Shown here one piece after another: positions 21,833-29,322 of a DNA stretch of 32,000 nt. Position numbers and translations under genes: made by a program. The stretch lies in contig NZ_CP046578.1 of NCBI RefSeq assembly GCF_013365455.1, positions 450,001 to 482,000 on the forward strand, written 5' to 3'. The notes beneath the pieces are model-generated. The model had not been told where the DNA came from and ran no database searches. It saw nothing but the letters and a program-made list of their open reading frames with translations. Positions within the stretch are counted from its first letter, which is position 1. Every line of letters starts with the position of its first letter. This DNA is from Wolbachia endosymbiont of Dirofilaria (Dirofilaria) immitis. Lineage in GTDB: Bacteria; Pseudomonadota; Alphaproteobacteria; Rickettsiales; Anaplasmataceae.

Positions 21833-21887
21833 ATTAATTTCTCTTTCATTAAACTCAAATAATATCAGAAATTTTTAACGTTTTATA

Positions 21888-22319
21888 ATGGATTATTATC
21901 GCTGGTTTGAAGCCTTTCACGTTATCTCTGTCATTATGTGGATGGCAGGAATGCTTTACTTACCTAGGCTTTATGTCTATCACACAACTGTAAAGCTAGG
22001 ATCGGAAAGCGATACCTTACTTCAAATAATGGAAAAGAGGCTACTTAAATATATTGTGAACCCTGCAATGCTCTTTTCGCTTGGTTTTGGTATCATATTA
22101 ATGACTATAAGGGAGGCATACTATGAAGGATGGTTTCATGTAAAAGCATTAGCATCATTCTTTATGATTATTATTCACATACTACTTGCAAAACATAGAA
22201 AAAATTTTGCAATGGGTTCAAATAAAAAAGCTCACATTTATTTCCGTATCCTAAACGAAGCAGTTACAGTACTAATAATAATTATAATTATTGCAGTCAT
22301 CGTGAAACCATTTCGCTAA
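21888..22319 (+). CDS. hemJ: HemJ-type protoporphyrinogen IX oxidase (UPF0093)
   Basis: 143 aa, about 4 TM segments, YYRWFEAFHVISVIMWMAGMLYLPRLYVYH; KRLLKYIVNPAMLFSLGFG; WFHVKALASFFMIIIHILLAKHRKNF. Confidence 0.93.
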   Translation: MDYYRWFEAFHVISVIMWMAGMLYLPRLYVYHTTVKLGSESDTLLQIMEKRLLKYIVNPAMLFSLGFGIILMTIREAYYEGWFHVKALASFFMIIIHILLAKHRKNFAMGSNKKAHIYFRILNEAVTVLIIIIIIAVIVKPFR

Positions 22320-22413
22320 CCTTTTCCAGGAAACAATTATTAAAGAGCCTTATTGACACTTTTCAATATTTATAGTAGAATATATAGCATTCAAGGATTT
22401 AAAGTAAAAACTT

Positions 22414-22923
22414 ATGAGTGGTGAAGCTCAAGGTCCAAATATCGCAGAGTGGCAAGCTCAACAACAACATCAAGAACATCAAGAAGGAAAGAGTGGTTTT
22501 GGTCTTGGCTACAGTGACTCTGTTGCAACAATTGTAGATGGAATGAAGTGGCTGTTTAGCTTTCACGAAGGGGCAATTACTTCCTACAGTAATGTGTTTG
22601 AAGGTTTAGTAAATGGTAGTAGTCTGGTAACGTTGTTTGGAAAATCAGGTAACATGTTTGGCATAAAATTTCTTGAAGATCTTGCAGAACACTTTTCAGG
22701 TGAAAATAGAGACAGTGAAAGTATAACATTGGAGGGAATGGATATAGGTTATAGTGATAAATGTCTCCCTTACCCAGGTGATTACCCTAATTTTAGTAAT
22801 GAAATAGTTCATGGCGAAAGCCTACATGACATATATAATTTAGGCAATCACTGTGATCCATCTTTTTCACCTAGCCCTTCACCTTTTGTTGGTGATGACT
22901 ATGAACATGAGCTCGATGCTTAA
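22414..22923 (+). CDS. Hypothetical protein, acidic and low-complexity ends, family not recognised
   Basis: Intact 169 aa ORF in a collinear slot between hemJ and dxr, with a QQQHQEHQEG N-terminal patch, an SPSPSPF tail, and no opposing gene. It looks like a real lineage-specific gene. Confidence 0.75.
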   Translation: MSGEAQGPNIAEWQAQQQHQEHQEGKSGFGLGYSDSVATIVDGMKWLFSFHEGAITSYSNVFEGLVNGSSLVTLFGKSGNMFGIKFLEDLAEHFSGENRDSESITLEGMDIGYSDKCLPYPGDYPNFSNEIVHGESLHDIYNLGNHCDPSFSPSPSPFVGDDYEHELDA

Positions 22924-22995
22924 AAAGCGTTAAATAACAGTCGAGGTAAGCAACATTTTTCTTCAACTTATCATAATTAACACGAGTTCATTTTA

Positions 22996-24168
22996 GTGAA
23001 AAGGGTTTCAATTTTAGGATCAACAGGAAGCATTGGAAAAAAAACTGTAGATCTACTATTAAAGAAAAGAAGAAAATATCAAGTAGAAGTACTAAGCACC
23101 CACTCGAACTTTGCTTTACTAGCGCATCAAGCAAAATCACTAAGTGCAAAATATGTTGCCATTTCTAATGAAAGGTTTTACAAAGATTTAAAAGAATGTT
23201 TACTTGGTACAGGTATTAAAGTAGAAGTTGGTGCCGAAGGTCTAGCAAATGTTGCTTCTTTGCCTATTGATCTCTCAGTTGTTGCAATAGCTGGCATTGC
23301 AGGCCTTGAGCCAGTTATGCACATAATAGAAAGTGGCACTAAGGTCATTGCACTAGCGAACAAAGAAAGTATTGTTTGCGGTGGGAAATTACTACTTAAG
23401 AAAGCTAAGGAAAAAAATGTACAGATAATTCCTATCGACTCTGAACACAATGCGATTTTTCAAGTTTTACAAAATGATGATAAATGTGTAGAAAAGATTA
23501 TACTTACTGCTTCTGGCGGACCATTTTTAAACCATAGTCTTGAACAATTAAGAAACGTTATAGTAGATCAAGCATTAAATCATCCTATTTGGAACATGGG
23601 AAAGAAAATTTCAATTGACAGTGCTACGATGATGAATAAAGCTCTAGAAATAATAGAGGCACACAGCTTATTTAACATCAGTCCGAATAAAGTTGAAGCA
23701 GTAGTACATCCTGAATCGATAATACATGGAGTTGTAGTTTATAAAGATGGTTTCAACTTTGCTGTACTTGCGGAAGCTGATATGACAGTTCCTATTTCAT
23801 ACGCTTTATCTTGGCCAGAAAGGTCAGCTTTAAGTTATAAATTAGATTTAACAAAGCAAAAAAAATTGACCTTCCAAGAGCCTGACTACAAGCGCTTTCC
23901 TGCACTAAAGCTTAGCATGGAAGTGCTAAATTCTTCTTTGCCACACATAAATAGTATTGTGCTCAATGCTGCAAATGAAGTAGCCGTGAATGAATTTTTG
24001 AAATCACGCATTGGTTTTTTAGGGATAGTAAAAGTGGTAGAATCAACAATAGAAAATTTTGATAATTATATCAATATCAGTTCACTACCTGATATAATAA
24101 ATATTGATCATGAAAGCCGTGTTATCGCTAAAGGAATTATTGCGTGTAAAACCCTTACGTATAGCTAG
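22996..24168 (+). CDS. dxr: 1-deoxy-D-xylulose 5-phosphate reductoisomerase
   Basis: 390 aa: VSILGSTGSIGKKTVDLL, ALANKESIVCGG, PIDSEHNAIFQ, LTASGGPFL, GKKISIDSATMMNKALEIIEA. GTG start codon. Confidence 0.98.
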   Translation: MKRVSILGSTGSIGKKTVDLLLKKRRKYQVEVLSTHSNFALLAHQAKSLSAKYVAISNERFYKDLKECLLGTGIKVEVGAEGLANVASLPIDLSVVAIAGIAGLEPVMHIIESGTKVIALANKESIVCGGKLLLKKAKEKNVQIIPIDSEHNAIFQVLQNDDKCVEKIILTASGGPFLNHSLEQLRNVIVDQALNHPIWNMGKKISIDSATMMNKALEIIEAHSLFNISPNKVEAVVHPESIIHGVVVYKDGFNFAVLAEADMTVPISYALSWPERSALSYKLDLTKQKKLTFQEPDYKRFPALKLSMEVLNSSLPHINSIVLNAANEVAVNEFLKSRIGFLGIVKVVESTIENFDNYINISSLPDIINIDHESRVIAKGIIACKTLTYS

Positions 24169-24172
24169 GAAT

Positions 24173-24934
24173 TCAATGATCTAAAATATACTCTTTTGTT
24201 AAGGATGAGCTAGCATTTTCGAATATTTCTCTGACGCTCCCAGATTCAATAATTTTTCCATTATGAAAGAAAATTACGCTATCAGATAACTTTTTAGCCT
24301 GCTTCATTGAATGAGTTATCATAATTATGGTGAATCTTAACTTTAACTCTTGTATAAGATTTTCGATCGCATTAGTTGCCATTGGATCAAGCGCAGAGCA
24401 CGGTTCATCCATCAATAAAATAGTTGGTCTTACTGCAATTGCGCGAGCAATGCACAGCCTTTGTTGTTGACCGCCAGATAAGGCTAATGCACTGTCTCGC
24501 AATCTATCTTTCAGCTCTTCCCATAAACTAACCTTGGTTAAACTATTTTCTACTATTTCATCTAATTTCCCTTTATTTTTTACCATACCATGTAATTTAG
24601 GCCCATAAGCAACATTATCATATATTGACTTTGGAAAAGGATTTGGTTTTTGAAATACCATGCCGACTTTTGCTCTAAGCAATACAACATCCATATCACG
24701 TGAATATATATTACCTAGTCCATCGATAATCAATTCACCAATAACTTTACATCCTGGTACATAATCATTCATACGGTTAAAACAACGTAAAAACGTCGAT
24801 TTACCGCACCCAGATGGCCCAATAAAAGTAGTAACTTCTCTTTTACGAATATCCAAATTTATATCGAACAAAACTTGTTTAGAGCTATACCAAAGATTTA
24901 AATTTTTCACAGAAGCACATGTGTCACTCATATT
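24173..24934 (-). CDS. pstB: Phosphate ABC transporter ATP-binding protein
   Basis: [79 protein letters not shown]. The track ORF extends to 24988. I place the likely start at the internal Met ([16 protein letters not shown]), leaving only a 7-nt overlap with dapB. Confidence 0.95.
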   Translation of the reverse strand, partial: NMSDTCASVKNLNLWYSSKQVLFDINLDIRKREVTTFIGPSGCGKSTFLRCFNRMNDYVPGCKVIGELIIDGLGNIYSRDMDVVLLRAKVGMVFQKPNPFPKSIYDNVAYGPKLHGMVKNKGKLDEIVENSLTKVSLWEELKDRLRDSALALSGGQQQRLCIARAIAVRPTILLMDEPCSALDPMATNAIENLIQELKLRFTIIMITHSMKQAKKLSDSVIFFHNGKIIESGSVREIFENASSSLTKEYILDH

Positions 24935-25722
24935 ACACTCTGCATCGAATAGAGACCTGGAGTTTCTCTCTTGTTCTCGTATAGCCATATTGCTGCTTGA
25001 ATAGCACCTCTAGCAAACGCTGTGCGATCAATTGCTTTGTGATTTAACTCTACCCGTTCATCAGAATTAACAAACATTACGCTATGATCCCCTATTACCC
25101 CACCTCCACGAGACACTGCAAAACCTATTTCACCTTTTTCTCTTACATTTGAACTATTTAGTAAATATTGATTGAACTTGAAATCCCTTTTTGAAGCGTG
25201 AGCAATTGCTCTTCCAAGCTCTATGGCTGTTCCAGATGGCGAACCTTTTTTTAAGCTATGATGCATTTCCCAAATCTCAGCGTCGTATTTATTACCCAAA
25301 AGCTCAGCAGCCTTTTTTACCAATTTCAGCAACACATTAACCCCAACACTCATATTTGCTGACCACAATATCGGAATCTCAGCAGCGTACTCTTTTAAAT
25401 TAACATTTTCTACTCCAGTTGTTCCACTTACCATCGGCTTTCTAAATTTTACAGCTGCCTTGAGACAAGCTAACATACACTCTTCAGTTGTAAAATCTAT
25501 TATAACATCGGATAACTCAAATATATCACTAATGGAACTTGTAATTTTGATTCCTAAAATAGAACCGTGGCCTATAATTGGTCCAATATCTGAACCTATG
25601 TATTTACTACCAGAACGGGTAACAGCACCTGCTATCTCTACTTTAGTATCTGTAATCAATTCACTAAGTATTTTTTTGCCCATCCTGCCTAAGCAGCCTA
25701 TCACTCCAACTCTGATCTTCAT
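24928..25722 (-). CDS. dapB: 4-hydroxy-tetrahydrodipicolinate reductase
   Basis: 264 aa: [52 protein letters not shown]. Confidence 0.97.
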   Translation of the reverse strand: MKIRVGVIGCLGRMGKKILSELITDTKVEIAGAVTRSGSKYIGSDIGPIIGHGSILGIKITSSISDIFELSDVIIDFTTEECMLACLKAAVKFRKPMVSGTTGVENVNLKEYAAEIPILWSANMSVGVNVLLKLVKKAAELLGNKYDAEIWEMHHSLKKGSPSGTAIELGRAIAHASKRDFKFNQYLLNSSNVREKGEIGFAVSRGGGVIGDHSVMFVNSDERVELNHKAIDRTAFARGAIQAAIWLYENKRETPGLYSMQSVI

Positions 25723-26018
25723 AAAGCTTTTTATATTAACATTAGACCTTTTTTAAAATTTTGTCATTCTTGTAAGCTATAACTCAGACCTACTCACAAC
25801 TCAAAATGAGTATATATCTTATTAAGCTGCATGCCAAGTTACTCTGCTTTTTTTTCGTTGTTAAATATATGATTATTCTTTGTAAGATTAGATGCATGCT
25901 TTCTTAAACCTATCACTTCAGCAGTTAAATTTTAGTATGTCGTTGTTATTACAATCTCCAAAACATCAAACATATCTATACTTTTGCCTAACTATATCCA
26001 GTAAAATTATAAGAAAAA

Positions 26019-27023
26019 TTAGGACACAACACCAGCCATTTGCAGGGTATGTTGAAAAATCATTCTATGATCTAAATCAGCTGTTTTACAGGTAATTTCT
26101 AAGCTTATTAGCTCTTCTATAACCTTCTTGAGGTCTGAAAGTTGAAAAACTTTTAGATGAGATTTAAAACTTTTTAATTGCTTAAAGAACATTGGAGGAC
26201 TCAGCTGGTCAATTGCGGTTTGTTCACTCATTCCACCCTGGATTAACAGTAAAACGTTCTCAAGATGTAAGAAATAATTTAATATAATACGAATTAGTGC
26301 TATCGGTGAAAAATTTTCTTGTAGTATTAATATATCAGAAACTTTAATGAATCGCTCCATATCTTTATTTACTATAGCAGAGCACAGGCTATCAAGTGTA
26401 ACATAATCATTACTAGAAGTTGAAAGGCACAGCTCTATATCAGTATAGTCAAGATCTTTTCTTTTTCCTAGATATAAAACTAATTTCTCAAGCTCTGAAT
26501 ATATAGACAACTTGCTACAATTAAGGTAAGATTGCAGATGATAGATCACTTCATTTGTGTATTTTATACCATTTCGGTCTAAGTAATCTGATATTATATC
26601 GCAAGGGTTACTATTGCTATACCTATAGCAAGCAATGACACCAAAAATTTTTGAGCTTTCCATATAACTTTTGGTTATAGAATGACATGGAAGATCACTT
26701 GCTACCATCACTATATAATGACTACCTGTATTACGGTCCAACACGTTTTTTAACTCTTTAGATATACTCCCACTTACATTTGTCAGCTTAATTAATTTCT
26801 TGTTAGCAAACATCGAAATATTTGCCAGCTCAGAAAACAATAAACCAGGAGATTTATCCACGATTGTAAAGTCCATCACTTGAACTGAATATTCACTTAA
26901 ACCAGCAATTACTTCTCGCACGAAAAAATCCACTTTGCTATTATCACTTCCATAAATTAATACACCCCTCAAAGTATCAGGTTTCTCTAGAAATTTTTTG
27001 ATCTTAAATGGCGTAATCCTCAT
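26019..27023 (-). CDS. holA: DNA polymerase III subunit delta
   Basis: 334 aa with HolA-like architecture: GVLIYGSDNSKVDFFVREVI, NKKLIKLTNVSG, LEKLVLYLGKRKDLDYTDIELCLSTSSNDYVTLDSLCSAIVNKD. Confidence 0.82.
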   Translation of the reverse strand: MRITPFKIKKFLEKPDTLRGVLIYGSDNSKVDFFVREVIAGLSEYSVQVMDFTIVDKSPGLLFSELANISMFANKKLIKLTNVSGSISKELKNVLDRNTGSHYIVMVASDLPCHSITKSYMESSKIFGVIACYRYSNSNPCDIISDYLDRNGIKYTNEVIYHLQSYLNCSKLSIYSELEKLVLYLGKRKDLDYTDIELCLSTSSNDYVTLDSLCSAIVNKDMERFIKVSDILILQENFSPIALIRIILNYFLHLENVLLLIQGGMSEQTAIDQLSPPMFFKQLKSFKSHLKVFQLSDLKKVIEELISLEITCKTADLDHRMIFQHTLQMAGVVS

Positions 27024-27193
27024 ATCCTTTATATAATATAATTTTCACTTAAGCATAAGAATGTTTAAGAACTCTGAACTTTCTTGCACTTAGATATGTA
27101 TTTAAAAAAAATACCCTTTTTCGATTATATTACTTACTCAAAGCAACCATAATAATACAGCTATAAGCAAGCTATTAATAAACTAAAACGGAA

Positions 27194-28003
27194 TTAAGCG
27201 AATTTATTTAATACTAACCTCACAAAATAAGCAATAATTAAGTATGTAGCTGCAACAAGTATAATTGTAGGTCCTGTTAATAAATCAAAACTTACAGATA
27301 ACATCAAACCTGATATTCCAGAAATCACAGAAAAACCTGTTGCAACAACAACCATCTGTACTGGAGTTTTTGAGATAAGCCTTGCAGACGAAGCTGGTAT
27401 CAATAAAAATGCAGCAACGAGCAATATTCCTATTAATTGGGCAGACACTGCTATAAATATAGCAAGAGTAATCAAGAATTCTAGCCTAACCAAACTCACG
27501 TTTACTTTCTCAACTATTGCCAAATCTTGATTGATCGAAATCATTAGCCAGTAACGCCATCTAAACGCTAATATCAGAGTAACTACTGCTGAGATTAGGA
27601 AAATTAATACTATATCATTCTGTTCCAATGTTAATATATCACCAAACAATGAACTAATAATGCTACTATTGCTCGACGGGAGAAAGGACATCAATATTAA
27701 ACTTGATGATAAAACTACATTAGTAACGATATTTAATATCGCATCAACAGAGTATAATCTATTAAAATTAAGGGAAAGCATTATTGCAAAAACAATTGCT
27801 ATAAGCATTATGCTAATTGATGGACTGATCCTAAAGATTAAAGCCAGTGCAACACCAAGTAACGAAGAATGTGATAAGCTATCACCCAAGTACGATAATC
27901 TTTGCCATATCATAAACGACCCTAACGTACCTGTTACTAGGCTAATTATAACTATTGCAGTTAGACTATTAATAAAAAAGCCTTGCGTAAATATTTCAAA
28001 CAT
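27194..28003 (-). CDS. znuB: Zinc/manganese-type ABC transporter permease (ZnuB-like)
   Basis: 269 aa ABC-3 family permease: TGTLGSFMIWQRLSYLGDSLSHSSLLGVALALI, AIVEKVNVSLVRLEFLITLAIFIAVSAQLIGILLVAAFLLIPASSARLI. Confidence 0.9.
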   Translation of the reverse strand: MFEIFTQGFFINSLTAIVIISLVTGTLGSFMIWQRLSYLGDSLSHSSLLGVALALIFRISPSISIMLIAIVFAIMLSLNFNRLYSVDAILNIVTNVVLSSSLILMSFLPSSNSSIISSLFGDILTLEQNDIVLIFLISAVVTLILAFRWRYWLMISINQDLAIVEKVNVSLVRLEFLITLAIFIAVSAQLIGILLVAAFLLIPASSARLISKTPVQMVVVATGFSVISGISGLMLSVSFDLLTGPTIILVAATYLIIAYFVRLVLNKFA

Positions 28004-28004
28004 A

Positions 28005-28406
28005 CTACATTACCTTTGAGGCAAGTAACAATAAGTCTGCTTCAGATACCAGAATATTACGTTCTCTGCCTGCTATACCAGTTGTCATAAACTCTAAATT
28101 TAAGCCTTTTTGTTCTATAAGGTAAGCTTTAACTAAAGTATTCGTCATCTTACATATTTTACCAGTGCCTATTAATAAAACCTTTACTTCCTTTATTAAA
28201 AAAGATACAAAATGTCCTCTGCTATTTACACCACTCTCTTTAAGCTCAATCACCTTTTTAGGAAAAACTATAATCAAGCTACAATATTCTTGATTATTTA
28301 CTAATAACTTTCCTACTTCATAATTATTCATAAAGTTTTTACTCTGAGAATTAAAGGGATTACATTTATAAATCAAACTATTAACTGAGTGCCGCATACC
28401 CACCAT
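28005..28406 (-). CDS. Mth938-like domain-containing protein (DUF498/NDUFAF3-like)
   Basis: 133 aa: YCSLIIVFPKKVIELKESGVNSRGHFVSFLIKEVKVLLIGTGK...GLNLEFMTTGIAGRERNILVSE, typical Mth938 fold pattern (LLIGTG, TGxAxRTYNxL). Confidence 0.78.
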   Translation of the reverse strand: MVGMRHSVNSLIYKCNPFNSQSKNFMNNYEVGKLLVNNQEYCSLIIVFPKKVIELKESGVNSRGHFVSFLIKEVKVLLIGTGKICKMTNTLVKAYLIEQKGLNLEFMTTGIAGRERNILVSEADLLLLASKVM

Positions 28407-29239
28407 TCTGGCTGCTTTTCCCTGATATTCACTGCAGCAGTTTTCGCATTTTTTTCACTATCAAATACTCCAAAACATGCTACTCCACTGCCTGACATTC
28501 GAGATAGCACAGAACCTTTTTGTGACTCCAATGCTAATATCACATCCTTGATCTCAGGTACAAGACTTACCGCTATTTCTTGAAGGTCATTTCTAGTTTC
28601 TTTAAGAAGTTCCAATATATCTTTTTCAACATCATCGTTCCATTTAATTGGTTCAGAAAAATCTCCCTTATATTTTGAAAATACTTCTGGCGTACTCAAA
28701 AATCTTTTTTTTGGTTTCACAAGCACCACATTTCTAGGCAAAGAAAATTTTTTTATGGGATACAACTCTTCACCAATACCTCTAACCAAAACTGGCTTAT
28801 TATCTATACTTGCGGGAACATCAGCACCAACGCTTATAGCTATTTCATTTAAAATTGACCTGTCAATCCGCCACAATTTCCCTAGCGTACGTATCACAGC
28901 TCCAGCATCTGAAGAACCGCTCCCTAGACCCGCAGCAGTTGGCACATTTTTTACAACTTTTATAACAACCTTAGTACGTACAGGAGCATATCTAAGCAGT
29001 AAGTTAACTGCTCTCATTACGGTATTGTACCTACTACTTATCTTGAGCTCAGAATTTATGAATTCAACTGTAGAATTATCATACTTGAAATCCTTTTCAC
29101 CTACCCTTATCTCCAAGAAATTAGAAAGATTAGCAAAAACAAATAAGCCTTCAACTAAATGATATCCTATTTCTTTTTTTTCTACAATATGCAAGAAAAG
29201 ATTAATCTTTGCAGGAGCCTTTACACAAAAACTTTTCAT
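28373..29239 (-). CDS. ispE: 4-diphosphocytidyl-2-C-methyl-D-erythritol kinase
   Basis: 288 aa GHMP kinase: APAKINLFLHIVEKKEIGYHLVEGLFVF, VPTAAGLGSGSSDAGAVIRTL, MSGSGVACFGVF. Confidence 0.96.
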   Translation of the reverse strand: MKSFCVKAPAKINLFLHIVEKKEIGYHLVEGLFVFANLSNFLEIRVGEKDFKYDNSTVEFINSELKISSRYNTVMRAVNLLLRYAPVRTKVVIKVVKNVPTAAGLGSGSSDAGAVIRTLGKLWRIDRSILNEIAISVGADVPASIDNKPVLVRGIGEELYPIKKFSLPRNVVLVKPKKRFLSTPEVFSKYKGDFSEPIKWNDDVEKDILELLKETRNDLQEIAVSLVPEIKDVILALESQKGSVLSRMSGSGVACFGVFDSEKNAKTAAVNIREKQPEWWVCGTQLIV

Positions 29240-29322
29240 TTGTATATCTTCACTAACACTACTTTTACAGTATATTTTACGATGCCATTTTAGTCAAACT
29301 TTATACAATTTCTACACTTCTA

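Noticed and set aside
22253-22300. ATA/ATT-rich run in hemJ encoding a string of isoleucines (LIIIIIIAVIV)
   Set aside because: It resembles a microsatellite, but it encodes part of a predicted TM helix and codons are mixed, so there is no evidence of phase-variable slippage.
23178-23450. Minus-strand 90-aa ORF
   Set aside because: Antisense to dxr, a clear shadow ORF.
24934-24988. N-terminal extension of the pstB ORF overlapping dapB by 61 nt
   Set aside because: The extension ([19 protein letters not shown]) is not part of the conserved PstB domain, and an internal Met gives a normal short overlap.
25892-26095. Plus-strand 67-aa ORF
   Set aside because: It runs antisense into holA and has low-complexity composition, so it is likely chance.
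27660-28019. Plus-strand 119-aa ORF
   Set aside because: Antisense to the znuB-like permease, which has strong family motifs.
28755-29162. Plus-strand 135-aa ORF
   Set aside because: Antisense to ispE. The proline/alanine-rich product is the mirror of the GHMP kinase coding sequence.
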